From assembly GCA_963666115.2 (NCBI GenBank), contig CAXXET010000004.1, forward strand, positions 192,001 through 256,000: a DNA stretch of 64,000 nt. The letters run 5' to 3'. Shown one piece after another: positions 18,490 to 28,389 of the stretch (position 1 is its first letter; each line of letters starts with the position of its first letter). Source of the stretch: Dehalococcoidia bacterium. Its GTDB lineage: Bacteria; Chloroflexota; Dehalococcoidia; UBA6926. The position numbers and the translations under genes are program-made. Under the pieces are notes generated by a model, which had not been told where the DNA came from, did not search any database, and saw nothing but the letters and a program-made list of their open reading frames with translations.

Positions 18490-19839
18490 CTAAGCCGTGT
18501 CTGGCGGAATTGGCGGTGCCCAAAGCCCCAGTTGGGCGTTCACAAGACTATCGACAACTGTTTCGGAACCAAGCTCGCCTCTTGCAACAAGCAAGTGTTG
18601 GCGCAGGAGTTGATGCAGATCTACATAAACTGCTCCAGCAATCTCGGCAGCCTCTCTAACGTTGGAGTCCGGCTTAGGTCGGATGGCCGGGTCTAAATTG
18701 CGGTGCGGATTGGCAACCCACAGAGTCAGTTGCGGCGGATGGCCCTCCTCGCTGCTGTACCGATCGCGGTATTCCCTGATTTGGCGGGTGTCACTCGTCC
18801 TCGGACCATTCACATAACCCTTAACTTCGACTATAGCTTCCCAATTCGGAACTCCATTGTGCGTGAGCCGCAGGTCTTCACGTTTAGGTTTTCCCACTTT
18901 CAAGTCCGCATCCATGTCTCGGACATTGAAGCCAATGCCGGATAGAATCTCATTGACTGCGGATGTCAGCGCCTCTCCGTCTTCCCAAAGAGCGCTCCGT
19001 ATCCCTTGGTCAGCTCTTTGAGTTTCCGCAGCCAGCAAAGTTTCAATCTCATCGCGTTCGGCAATCAGAGCGGCGATACTTGAATCGATGTCCATAATCC
19101 GGTTCGCAAGATTGTGTTCTTCTGGTGTGTGCAAGTCCACCTGCTTACTGAGGCGAGGCGGCGTTTCAGGAACCCGGGTGGGGTCACTCTCATGTACATC
19201 TGCGAGGAATGCCCGAAACCATGCCGCGAGGCTGGAGACTGTTGGAAGTAGGAGCGCAACCGGTTGAGCCGAAATACCTGCCGGTGCGTCATTCCGCTTA
19301 GGTAATGCGATCCTCATTGCCACAGCGTTCCCAGAAGTTGTTATTATCAGCGGGCTTGAAAGTTTCCTAGATGTCCTGATGATTCCCGGTGGTATGTTGG
19401 ATGCCCTGAATTTGCTGACTAGCTCAGTAGCCAACTCGTTGTACGGATCCGGGCATGAGTCACTAATTGACATCTCACGCTCTGTATTGCGTCCGAGAGA
19501 AGCCTGATGGTTCAGCTCGCTAAGTCCCGTGCTGTCTCGGTACTTGTCCTCCCAGGCGAAATTCCACCCTTCAACCGCCAGCATGCTGACACCTGGACTA
19601 ACGTAACTCGTCTGCGATCTATCGGGCAACCGCAAGAAGTTCTTAACTAACAACACGTCCGTCTCTTTCCAGCTATACTCACTCAGGTAGGCATCCAAGC
19701 TGGCTGCCCGCCGGGGCGTCCCACAGAGCGCCATGATCGACTCCCATTCAGAGTCATCCAGCCCGATCACAGCTACTCTCGGCCGCTTTACTGTCGCCAC
19801 AATGATTCTCCACTTTCTTTCGCTTACCCCACACGCCAC
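18490..19839 (-). CDS. Hypothetical protein with coiled coil and C-terminal PD-(D/E)xK-like nuclease domain
   Basis: Long ORF of lower GC; KREDLRL...AIVEVKG motif after a heptad-like segment. Start uncertain. Confidence 0.65.
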   Translation of the reverse strand: MACGVSERKWRIIVATVKRPRVAVIGLDDSEWESIMALCGTPRRAASLDAYLSEYSWKETDVLLVKNFLRLPDRSQTSYVSPGVSMLAVEGWNFAWEDKYRDSTGLSELNHQASLGRNTEREMSISDSCPDPYNELATELVSKFRASNIPPGIIRTSRKLSSPLIITTSGNAVAMRIALPKRNDAPAGISAQPVALLLPTVSSLAAWFRAFLADVHESDPTRVPETPPRLSKQVDLHTPEEHNLANRIMDIDSSIAALIAERDEIETLLAAETQRADQGIRSALWEDGEALTSAVNEILSGIGFNVRDMDADLKVGKPKREDLRLTHNGVPNWEAIVEVKGYVNGPRTSDTRQIREYRDRYSSEEGHPPQLTLWVANPHRNLDPAIRPKPDSNVREAAEIAGAVYVDLHQLLRQHLLVARGELGSETVVDSLVNAQLGLWAPPIPPDTA

Positions 19840-21634
19840 ATCAGCATTTTACTCAATATTGGCCTTTGCCGCAGAAGGGGGGAGGGTTCTGGCGAATGGT
19901 GCTTCCGTCGCTTGCGCAGATCAAGATTCCCGTTTTCGCGGGAATGATGGAGGAGGTTATGACCCTTCGACACACTCGGGGTGAAACGGGCGGCTAGAGG
20001 AGGGGGCTCGGAACGGCGAGATTGGGCACGCCGTTGCCGCGGCGCGCGGCGGAACGTGGGGGACTGGGAGAGGCCGAGCTGGGGGATGGCGGGGCCGTTG
20101 CCGTTCAGGATGTCCTCAACGGTGGCGATTTGGACGCGCGGGAATTGGCGATCCGGGAATGCCTCCGGCACGTAGAATCCGGCGGCGGTGGCTTCGTCGG
20201 TCATTGGCCTGGTGGGCGGCTCTAGGGTGATGAGCAGGCCCATCTCCGCGTTCTCACGCTCCATGTCGCCCTTGAGGGTGGCGATGACGTTGCGGCCAAC
20301 CTGCCCGCTCTTGACCTGGACAATGACGGTTTTGGCCTTGCCGGAGTTATCGTCGAAGAAGTTGATGTAGCCGTCGACGCCGGAGTCTGCGCCCTTGCGC
20401 CGCTCATTTGCGGGACGCGCCCTCTACCAAGCCAAGCGCCCAATACTCGAACTGGTAGCGGCCCGTGTTGCCGCCCTCAAGTGAGAGGGCGCGGGCGCTC
20501 TCCGTGTCTGCGGGCGAGCCAACGACCTCATAGTCGGACAGGTCATCGCCGAACGAGTCGCGCAGGCGGCTCTTCATCAGGGATATGGCGAGATGGGTAA
20601 CGTCGATGCCGATCCATTTGCGGTTGAGCCGCTCGGCGACAGCGATGGCGGTGCCGCAGCCGCAGAACGGATCAAGGACAACATCGCCCTCGTTGCTGGA
20701 CGCGGAGATGATGCGTTCAAGAAGAGCCTCGGGCTTTTGGGTGGGGTAGCCGAGGCGTTCTTTGGCTTGTGGATTAATCGGTGGAATGTCCGACCACAAC
20801 TCATGCGCAGCTTGGCCGTCTAGCTCATCAAGAAACCGCTTCAGTTGCGGAATCCTACTACCAGTGTAGATGCGCCCTTCTTGCTCCAACTGAAGCATCC
20901 GCTCCTGAGTGAATCGCCATGGCTTGGTGATTCCGTGAAACTCATACACAGGCCCTCGGCCTGCAGGCGGATTGAGGTTGTCCAACCTGAATTGGCGACC
21001 ATCTTCGTCAGAGTGCCGGAACTTTGAGTTCACATACTCATCTGAGAATGGCACGCGTTGCTGGTTAAAGACGTGTTGGCTGCTGCGGCTGTAGTACAGG
21101 ATCCTGTCGCTGACCCTGCCGAATCGCTTAGCATCCGCATGAAAATTGAATCGCTTCCACGTAATCTCGTTGCGGAAATTATCTTGCCCGAAGACGGCGT
21201 CCATGAGGAGCTTGAGGTAGTGGGCTGGCGGTGGGGTCGCAGTGGAGGTAGATGCTGCCCGTCGGCTTGAGGACGCGGTGCAGCTCCACCATCCGCGGGG
21301 CCATCATGGTCAGGTAAGCCATCATGTCGTTCTGGCCGAGGAACGTCCGCATGGCCTGGAGCATGTCCGCGAGACGCTTGGGGCCGCTCGTGACGACCTG
21401 CTGGTAGGCCCATTCGGCCTCCGTGCTCCAGTGCCACGTGTCGTCGAATGCCTGGATTTGGGCGGCGGACTCGCTGCTGTCGTGCTCGCGGAAAAGGACG
21501 TTGTACGTCGCGTTGGAGTTGAACGGCGGATCGAGGTAGATGAGATCGACGCTCTCATCGGGGACGTGCTCCCGCATGATGGGGAGGTTGTCTCCGAAGT
21601 GGAGGCGGTTGCGCCAATCGGTTGGGGTGGTCAT
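19824..21634 (-). pseudogene. N4/N6 DNA methyltransferase fused to an Mrr-like endonuclease, two +1 frameshifts
   Basis: DLIYLDPPFNS (21179-21634), [20 protein letters not shown] (20404-21204), then GADSGVDG..VQVKSG in a third frame. Extra C at ~21223 breaks ASHYLK; extra G at ~20421 breaks VEARP. Confidence 0.85.
19924..19990 (-). repeat. REP pair (GATTCCCGTTTTCGCGGGAATGA; CCCTTCGACACACTCGGGGTGAA)
   Basis: Degenerate reverse-orientation copies of both REP families. Confidence 0.75.
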
Positions 21635-21745
21635 GGGGTAATGATAACGGGCTGAGAGACGGCGGCGCTATACGCCGTGACGGCCCCCGCCTACGCAGGG
21701 GAGTCGGAGGGGGCGGGGTATGATTGAAGGAGTCGGAGAGAGGTA

Positions 21746-21772
21746 CCCTTCGACAGGCTCAAGGTGAACGGG
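21746..21772 (-). repeat. REP-like element directly upstream of glmS
   Basis: CCCTTCGACAGGCTCAAGGTGAACGGG; direct repeat of 17616-17642 (2 mismatches). Confidence 0.85.
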
Positions 21773-21779
21773 GGAGGTG

Positions 21780-23624
21780 ATGTGCGGGATTATGGGATAT
21801 ACCGGGGATCGGCAGGCGATGCCGATTGTTTTGGACGGGTTGTCCCGGATTGAGTACCGCGGGTATGACTCCGCAGGCATCGCGATTCTTGGGCCGTCCG
21901 GGGTGTTTGGGACGAATAAGGCTGTCGGCAAGCTGGATGCTTTGCGCGCCGATTTGGAGGGGTCGTTCGTCTCGGGGTCGCTCGGGCTGGGGCATACGCG
22001 ATGGGCCACGCACGGCGCGCCCTCCCTGGCCAACGCACACCCGCACATGGACTGCACCGGACGGGTGGCCGTGGTGCAGAACGGGATCGTCGAGAATTAC
22101 AGCGAGCTCGCAGCGCAACTCGTCTCGCGCGGGCACCGGTTCACGTCGCAGACGGACACGGAGGTGCTGCCGCACCTGATTGAGGAGGCACTGGATCGCG
22201 GCCTTGATCCCGTCGACGCGGTGAAGTCGATCATGCCGGACATGCACGGGGCGCTGGTGTTCCTGGTGGCGTGCTCGCAGGAGCCTGAGACGCTGATTGC
22301 GGTGCGGGCGGGCAACGCGGGGGGGCTGGTGATCGGCGCGGGAGAGGGTGAGACGTACGCGGCGAGCGATCTGCCGGCGCTGGCGCCGCTGACGCGGCGG
22401 GCGATGCCGCTGAACAACGGCGAGATCGCGGTGCTGCGGCCGGGCGGGGCGGAGGTGTCCACGCTGAACGGGGAGCCGGTGGCGCGGGAGTTCACGGAGG
22501 TGACGCGGGACCCGCTGCGGGCGGCGAAAGGCATGTACAAGCACTTCATGCTGAAGGAGATCATGGAGCAGCCGCAGGCGCTGACGGACGCGCTGCGGGG
22601 TCGCATCGATTTGGGATCAGGGCGGCTTGAGCCGGACTACGGGCCGGGGCTGTCCGAGCGGCTGGCCAAGGCGCGGCGCATCATCCTGACGGGGTGCGGG
22701 TCAAGCTATCACGCGGCGCTCGTGGGTCGGCATTATTTTGAGACGCTCGCCGGGGTTCGCGTGGAGGCGGAAGTGGCCTCCGAACTGCGGCACCGCAACG
22801 CGCTCATCGGCGAGGGCGACCTTCTCATCGCGATCACGCAGTCGGGTGAGACGCTCGATACGCTCGCCGCGCTGGACTATGCGTCACAACGGGGCGCGGA
22901 CTGCGTGGCGGTGACGAATGCGCTGGACAGCGAGGCAGCGCGAATCGCCTGCGAGACGATGGACATGCGGTCCGGGCTCGAGGTGGGGGTGGCGGCGACC
23001 AAGAGCTTTACGTCCGCGATCCTGTGCCTGTATCTGCTGGCCATCGACGCGGCGGCAGGCCGCGGCGCAATGAGCGAGGATGAGGTGAGCCGCCATCTGC
23101 TTGACCTGGAGCGCCTGCCGGGAATCGTGAGCGAGATGCTGGAACGGGGAGACGTGATCCGGGCCGTCGCGGAACGGTTGACGGCGAATGAGAATTGCCT
23201 GTTGCTGGGGCGTGGGCCGCTCTACCCCATCGCGCTGGAGGGGGCGTTGAAGCTGAAGGAGGTCGCGTACATCCACGCGGAGGGCAGCGCGGGGGGCGAG
23301 ATGAAGCACGGCCCAATCGCCTTGATTGACCAATCAATGCCGACAATCGCGCTTGCCTGTGAGGGTGGTCTCCGTGACCGCATGGCCATCAACATCTCAG
23401 AGATCAAGGCCCGCGCCGGCCACGTGATCGGCCTGCTAACAGACGGCGACGATGAGCTTGAGGGCCAGGCGGACGAAGCAATCTTCACCCCCAAAACACC
23501 GGAGCACCTGGTTCCCATTGCGGCGACGGTGCCGCTACAAATGCTGGCCTACGAAATCGGCCTCCTCCGAGGCGCAGACATAGACCAACCGCGCAACCTC
23601 GCAAAGTCAGTAACGGTGGAATGA
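21780..23624 (+). CDS. glmS: Glutamine-fructose-6-phosphate transaminase
   Basis: MCGI, EYRGYDSAG, GHTRWATHG, SQTDTEV, EGALKLKE, EMKHGPIAL, PRNLAKSVTVE. Confidence 0.99.
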   Translation: MCGIMGYTGDRQAMPIVLDGLSRIEYRGYDSAGIAILGPSGVFGTNKAVGKLDALRADLEGSFVSGSLGLGHTRWATHGAPSLANAHPHMDCTGRVAVVQNGIVENYSELAAQLVSRGHRFTSQTDTEVLPHLIEEALDRGLDPVDAVKSIMPDMHGALVFLVACSQEPETLIAVRAGNAGGLVIGAGEGETYAASDLPALAPLTRRAMPLNNGEIAVLRPGGAEVSTLNGEPVAREFTEVTRDPLRAAKGMYKHFMLKEIMEQPQALTDALRGRIDLGSGRLEPDYGPGLSERLAKARRIILTGCGSSYHAALVGRHYFETLAGVRVEAEVASELRHRNALIGEGDLLIAITQSGETLDTLAALDYASQRGADCVAVTNALDSEAARIACETMDMRSGLEVGVAATKSFTSAILCLYLLAIDAAAGRGAMSEDEVSRHLLDLERLPGIVSEMLERGDVIRAVAERLTANENCLLLGRGPLYPIALEGALKLKEVAYIHAEGSAGGEMKHGPIALIDQSMPTIALACEGGLRDRMAINISEIKARAGHVIGLLTDGDDELEGQADEAIFTPKTPEHLVPIAATVPLQMLAYEIGLLRGADIDQPRNLAKSVTVE

Positions 23625-23630
23625 GTCAAA

Positions 23631-23705
23631 TGGAGCGGGGGACGGGAATTGAACCCGCGACAACCTGCTTGGAAGGCAGGAGCTCTACCACTGAGCTACC
23701 CCCGC
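23631..23705 (-). tRNA. tRNA-Gly(TCC)
   Basis: Reverse complement GCGGGGGTAGCTCAGTGGTAGAGC-CCTGC CTTCCAA GCAGG-GTTCAATTC-CCCCCGCTCCA. Confidence 0.97.
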
Positions 23706-23731
23706 GTGCTTTCTATTGTATGTGTACGGGG

Positions 23732-24613
23732 TTACTCGCGCGGCCTGGAGCGGGGGCCGAAGGGCTCCGGCTGGAAGGGGCCGTCGCGGAGTTGGAGGAA
23801 GGCGCGCAGGCCGCCCTCCTTCTGCGCGTCCATCATGTCCTTCTTGAAGTCGGCGCGCTGCGAGCTCTGCACGTGGGCGGACAACTCATCGTTCAGCACG
23901 AGGGCGTTGCGGAGTCCCATCATCTCCAGCCCCATCGTCGCCACGTAGAGGTTGATCTTGACCGTCTCCGGAGAGACCAACGCGATGCGCTCCACCACGC
24001 GGAAGCAGTGCTCCAGCAGGTCATCGCCCGGCACCACCTCGTTCACGAGGCCGATGCGGAGGGCTTCCTGGGCGTCAATGTGGTCGCCCGTCAGGCCATA
24101 GCGGAGGGCGTGCTTGTAGCCGGCGTTGAGCGTCCAGAAGAAGTTGGTGTTGGAAATCATGCGGATTTCGGGCTGGGCGAAGACTGCTTCCTCCGCCGCG
24201 TACGTCATGTGCGACGCCAGCGCGTACCACGATCCGCCGCCCATGCACCAGCCGTTGACTGCCGCGATGACAGGCTTGGTCAGCTCCCAGATTTGCAGCA
24301 GCTTGGCCGTCTCGCCGCGTGAGCGGTCACGCCAATCATCCAGCAGCGCCGCCGCGCTCCACCCCTCCGGCATCCCATACGGCCACACCGTCTCGGGGCG
24401 GCCGCCGCCGATGTCGTAGCCGGAGGAGAACGCCCTGCCCGCGCCCGTCAGCACAATCGCCCGCACCTCGGGATCATTCTCCGCCTCGGTCAGCGCCTCG
24501 GACACGTCATGCTCCAGTTGGCGGCTGATGGCGTTCAGCGTTTCGGGCCGGTTCAGCGTGATCAACACGCCGTTGCGCTGCTTCTCATAGAGGACGGTTT
24601 CATAATTGGGCAT
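23732..24613 (-). CDS. Enoyl-CoA hydratase/isomerase (crotonase) family protein, paralog 1
   Basis: ITLNRPE, GRAFSSGYD, KPVIAAVNGWCMGGG, QPE. Confidence 0.92.
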   Translation of the reverse strand: MPNYETVLYEKQRNGVLITLNRPETLNAISRQLEHDVSEALTEAENDPEVRAIVLTGAGRAFSSGYDIGGGRPETVWPYGMPEGWSAAALLDDWRDRSRGETAKLLQIWELTKPVIAAVNGWCMGGGSWYALASHMTYAAEEAVFAQPEIRMISNTNFFWTLNAGYKHALRYGLTGDHIDAQEALRIGLVNEVVPGDDLLEHCFRVVERIALVSPETVKINLYVATMGLEMMGLRNALVLNDELSAHVQSSQRADFKKDMMDAQKEGGLRAFLQLRDGPFQPEPFGPRSRPRE

Positions 24614-24681
24614 GGGTTTGCTCGCTTTCTTGTGTGGGGTCGCTGTGCATATGGTAGCAAAGGTGAGGGGGGGTGGGGTGA

Positions 24682-24730
24682 CCCTTCGATTACGCTCAGG
24701 GTGACAGGAGGGTGGCTCAGGGTAAACGAG
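24682..24730 (-). repeat. REP-like elements
   Basis: CCCTTCGATTACGCTCAGGGTGACA and a partial GCTCAGGGTAAACG. Confidence 0.7.
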
Positions 24731-25385
24731 GGGCAGAGAGGGCGAGGGCTTCTATGATTTCGCCGGTGGCGGCAGTGCCGCCGAGGATTAGATCGATGAT
24801 GCGGAGCGTCGGCCCCTGTAAATCAGGCGCCCACGACGCCGTGCCGTCTGCGGCGACGATCACGTCCAGGTCGCGCACGTTGGCGTCGAATGCCGTATGG
24901 AGAACGCAGGCGTAGGTGATTGTGCCTGCGAGGATGACGGTGCGAATGCCGCGGCGGCGCAGCGCCGTCTCCAAATCGGTGCCAAAGAATGCGGAGAAGC
25001 TGCGCTTGGTGACAACGTATTCGCCGTCTTGCGGGACGAGGGCATCGTGGATTTCCGCGCCCCACGTGCCGGGCATGAGGGCCGGGCCGCCGGGCGCGTC
25101 CGCCACTGCCCCAAACGTCTGCGCCACCACTTTGTGGATCAGGTGGACGGCGTCCGGTGAATCGTCACGCTCGATTCGCGTATGGACGATGAATAGGCCT
25201 GCCTGCCGCGCCGCCTCCAGCAGCGCCGCCATCGGCGGAATGCCGTCCGTCACCAGTTGGGGGTCAAGGCCGAGGGGTTCGACGCGGTCCGCGGCGCGGG
25301 CGTAGAAGCCGTCAGGGTGGCAGAAATCGTTCTGCATATCGACGACGATGAGGGCGGCGGTTTGGGGGGTGATTTGGAGGTTCAT
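24717..25385 (-). CDS. Cysteine hydrolase (isochorismatase family)
   Basis: VVDMQNDF, VTKRSFSAFFGTDL, TYACV give the Asp-Lys-Cys triad. Confidence 0.92.
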   Translation of the reverse strand: MNLQITPQTAALIVVDMQNDFCHPDGFYARAADRVEPLGLDPQLVTDGIPPMAALLEAARQAGLFIVHTRIERDDSPDAVHLIHKVVAQTFGAVADAPGGPALMPGTWGAEIHDALVPQDGEYVVTKRSFSAFFGTDLETALRRRGIRTVILAGTITYACVLHTAFDANVRDLDVIVAADGTASWAPDLQGPTLRIIDLILGGTAATGEIIEALALSAPRLP

Positions 25386-25422
25386 GGGTTTGCATTACTT
25401 GATTGGGTTGCACAATGGGGTT

Positions 25423-25486
25423 TAGATTCCCGCTTTCGCGGGAATGACGGAGGGGGATGTAGGGGCGGTTCGCGAACCGCCCCTAC
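25423..25486 (-). repeat. REP pair: TAGATTCCCGCTTTCGCGGGAATGACGG and perfect 28-bp palindrome GTAGGGGCGGTTCGCGAACCGCCCCTAC
   Basis: Read directly; matches the copies at 13199 and 14555. Confidence 0.88.
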
Positions 25487-25515
25487 CGGTTTCCGAATCC
25501 GTGCCGCTTTGACGA

Positions 25516-26397
25516 CTAGCCGCCTCGCGCGGCGGCGGAGCGGGGGCCGAACGGCTCCGGCTGGAATGGGCCGTCTCGCTGCTGGAGGAACCCGCGCATC
25601 CCGCCTTCCTCGCGCGCCTGCTCCAGCGGGCGCATGACGTCCTCGCGCTTGGAGGCGTGGGCGAAGGCGGAAAGCTCGCCGTTGAGGATGAGCGCGTTGC
25701 GGAGGCCCATCATCTCCAGCCCCATCGTCGCCACGTACAGGTTGATCTTCACCGTCTCCGGCGACACCAGCGCGATACGCTCGCCGATCTTGAAGCACTC
25801 CTCGATCAGGTCGTCCTGCGGAATGATCTGGTTGATGATCCCAATCCGCAGCGCCTCCTCGGCGTCGATGTGGTCGCCGGTGAGGCTGTAGCGCAGCGCG
25901 TGCTTGTAGCCCGCGTTGAGCGTCCAGATGAAGCTGGTGTTGGAGATCATCCGAACCTCAGGCTGCGAGAAGACCGCGGCCTCAGAGGCGTAGGTCATGT
26001 GGGAGAACAGCGCGTACCACGACCCGCCGCCCATGCACCAGCCGTTGACCGCCGCGATGACCGGCTTGGTCAGCTCCCACAGGTGCATGAACCGGTCCGG
26101 CTTGTCGCGCGTCCGCCAGTCATCCAGCATCTGCGCGATGTTCGAGCCCTCCGGCAGGCCATACGGCCACACCGTCGGCGCGCGCCCCCCGGCAATGTCG
26201 TAGCCCGCCGAGAACGCCCGCCCCGCCCCGGTGAGGATGATGTACCGGACCTCGGGATCGGCCTCCGCCTCATCCAGCGCGACGTGCAGTTCGTCCTCCA
26301 GGTCACGGCTCAGCGCGTTCAGTGCCTCCGGACGGTTCAGCGTGATCAGCACGCCTTTCCGCTGCTTGTCATACAGGATATTCTCATAGTCGGCCAT
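25516..26397 (-). CDS. Crotonase family protein, paralog 2
   Basis: Same motifs as paralog 1. Confidence 0.92.
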   Translation of the reverse strand: MADYENILYDKQRKGVLITLNRPEALNALSRDLEDELHVALDEAEADPEVRYIILTGAGRAFSAGYDIAGGRAPTVWPYGLPEGSNIAQMLDDWRTRDKPDRFMHLWELTKPVIAAVNGWCMGGGSWYALFSHMTYASEAAVFSQPEVRMISNTSFIWTLNAGYKHALRYSLTGDHIDAEEALRIGIINQIIPQDDLIEECFKIGERIALVSPETVKINLYVATMGLEMMGLRNALILNGELSAFAHASKREDVMRPLEQAREEGGMRGFLQQRDGPFQPEPFGPRSAAARGG

Positions 26398-26417
26398 TGC
26401 TTTCCTCCTTTTGCTGC

Positions 26418-27308
26418 TCAGTCTCGTATTTTGGAGCGCGGCCCGAACGGTTCCGGTTGGAATGGGCCGTCGCGGGTGGTGAGGAACGACCTCAGCCCGC
26501 CCTGCTGCAAACCGTCGAACATGTCCTTGCGATAGTCCTCCCGTCCAGACGAATGCGCCAACGCGGACAATTCGCCGTTCAACTTGAGCGCGTTGGCCAG
26601 CCCCATCATCTCAAGCCCCATCGTCGCAACGTACAGGTTGATCTTCACCGTCTCCGGCGACACCAGCGCGATGCGCTCAACCAGCTGGAACGCCTCGTCC
26701 AGCAAATCGTCATGCGGCACGATCTTGTTGACGATGCCGATTCGCAGCGCCTCCTCCGCGTCGATGTGGTCGCCCGTCAGCGAATACCGCAGCGCGTTCT
26801 TGTACCCTGCCGACAGCACCCAGAAGAAGCTGGTGTTGGAGATGTGGCGCACCTCCGGCTGGCCGAACACGGCCTGATCAGACGCAAGCGTCATGTGCGT
26901 GGCGGTGGCGTACCATGACGCGCCGCCCATGCACCAGCCGTTGATTGCGCCGATGACGGGTTTGGTCAACTCCCACATATGGAGGAGCTTGCGCACGCCG
27001 TCGTTGTCGTTCGTGCGCCAAGAGTCCAGTAGCTCCGCGACGTTCTGGCCGGGCGCGAGGCCGTACGGCCAGACGAACTCGCGCATCGGCGCGTCCGGCG
27101 CGCCCAGGTCGTAGCCGGCGGAGAACGCCCTGCCCGCTCCTGTGAGAACGACGGCGCGAACCTCCGGGTCGGCCTCCGCCTCATCAAGCGCCAGGTGCAG
27201 TTCGTCTTCCATCTGCGGACTGATCGCGTTCAGGGCTTCGGGGCGGTTAAGGGTGATCAGCGCTCCCTTGCGCTGCTTCTCATAGAGGACCTGTTCGTAG
27301 TTGGGCAC
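26418..27308 (-). CDS. Crotonase family protein, paralog 3
   Basis: Same motifs as paralog 1. Confidence 0.92.
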   Translation of the reverse strand: MPNYEQVLYEKQRKGALITLNRPEALNAISPQMEDELHLALDEAEADPEVRAVVLTGAGRAFSAGYDLGAPDAPMREFVWPYGLAPGQNVAELLDSWRTNDNDGVRKLLHMWELTKPVIGAINGWCMGGASWYATATHMTLASDQAVFGQPEVRHISNTSFFWVLSAGYKNALRYSLTGDHIDAEEALRIGIVNKIVPHDDLLDEAFQLVERIALVSPETVKINLYVATMGLEMMGLANALKLNGELSALAHSSGREDYRKDMFDGLQQGGLRSFLTTRDGPFQPEPFGPRSKIRD

Positions 27309-27355
27309 TTGCTCTCCTCTCTCTGTTTCTCTCGGTTGTTCGGTGTAAGGCAGCG

Positions 27356-28234
27356 CTACTCCCGCGGCCTCGACCGCGGCCCGAACGGCTCCGGCTGGAA
27401 TGGCCCGTCCCGCGCCTCCAGGTAGCCCCGCAGGCCGCCCTTCTCCTGCGCCTCCACGAACGGGCGGCGGCCCTCTTCGCTCACGGACGTGTGCGCGTGC
27501 GCCGACAACTCCGCGTTCAGGTTAAGCGCGTTGTGCAATCCCATCATTTCGAGGCCCATCGTCGCCACGTACAGGTTGATCTTCACCGTCTCCGGCGACA
27601 CCAGCGCGATACGCTCAACGATCTTGAACGCCTCATCCAGCAGGTCATCGGCGGGGACAATGGTGTTGACGATGCCGATGCGAAGAGCCTCTTCGGCGTC
27701 GATGTGGTCGCCTGTCAGCGCGTAGCGGAGGGCGTTCTTGTAGCCGGCGTTGAGCACCCAGAAGAAGCTGGTGTTGTCCATGTGGCGGACTTCCGGCTGC
27801 GCGAAGACGGCGTTGTCCGCCGCGAGGGTCATGTGGGCCGCGTTGGCGTACCAGGAGCCGCCGCCCATGCACCAGCCGTTCACCGCCGCGATGACCGGCT
27901 TGGTAAGCTCCCACAAGTGCAGGAAATAGCGCATGTTCTTGCGGTCCGACGTGCGCCAGTGATCGAGATGCGCCGCCACGCTCGTGTTCTTGGGCAGCGC
28001 GTACGGCCACTCAAACTCGGCCTCGCCGGAGATGTCATAGCCCGATGAGAATGCCCTGCCCGCCCCGGTGAGGACGATGGCGCGAACCTCGGGATCGGCC
28101 TCCGCCTCGTCCAACGCTTCATGCAGCTCGCGCTCCAACTCCGGGCTGATGGCGTTGAGACGCTCCGGCCTATTGAGGGTTATCAGAACTCCCTTGCGCT
28201 GCTTTTCGTACAGGATGTTGTTGTAGTCGGCCAT
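27356..28234 (-). CDS. Crotonase family protein, paralog 4
   Basis: Same motifs as paralog 1. Confidence 0.92.
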   Translation of the reverse strand: MADYNNILYEKQRKGVLITLNRPERLNAISPELERELHEALDEAEADPEVRAIVLTGAGRAFSSGYDISGEAEFEWPYALPKNTSVAAHLDHWRTSDRKNMRYFLHLWELTKPVIAAVNGWCMGGGSWYANAAHMTLAADNAVFAQPEVRHMDNTSFFWVLNAGYKNALRYALTGDHIDAEEALRIGIVNTIVPADDLLDEAFKIVERIALVSPETVKINLYVATMGLEMMGLHNALNLNAELSAHAHTSVSEEGRRPFVEAQEKGGLRGYLEARDGPFQPEPFGPRSRPRE

Positions 28235-28389
28235 GAATCAGCCCTCCCCCGTTTATCCCTTATTGGCGCGCAGGCGTACCCCCGCACGCGGCGAGAATAG
28301 CATTGCGGGAATGGCAGGGGCAAGGCGGGAGGCACAAGCGCGTACACTTGCAGTAGCGGATAGTTTCGGATGCGGCGGAGGAGATTCGG

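Noticed and set aside
21640-21779. glmS ribozyme upstream of glmS
   Set aside because: The leader is short and occupied by a REP; no recognisable ribozyme core.
23600-23631. Tn7 insertion at the glmS 3' end
   Set aside because: A tRNA-Gly follows immediately; no tns genes or transposon ends.
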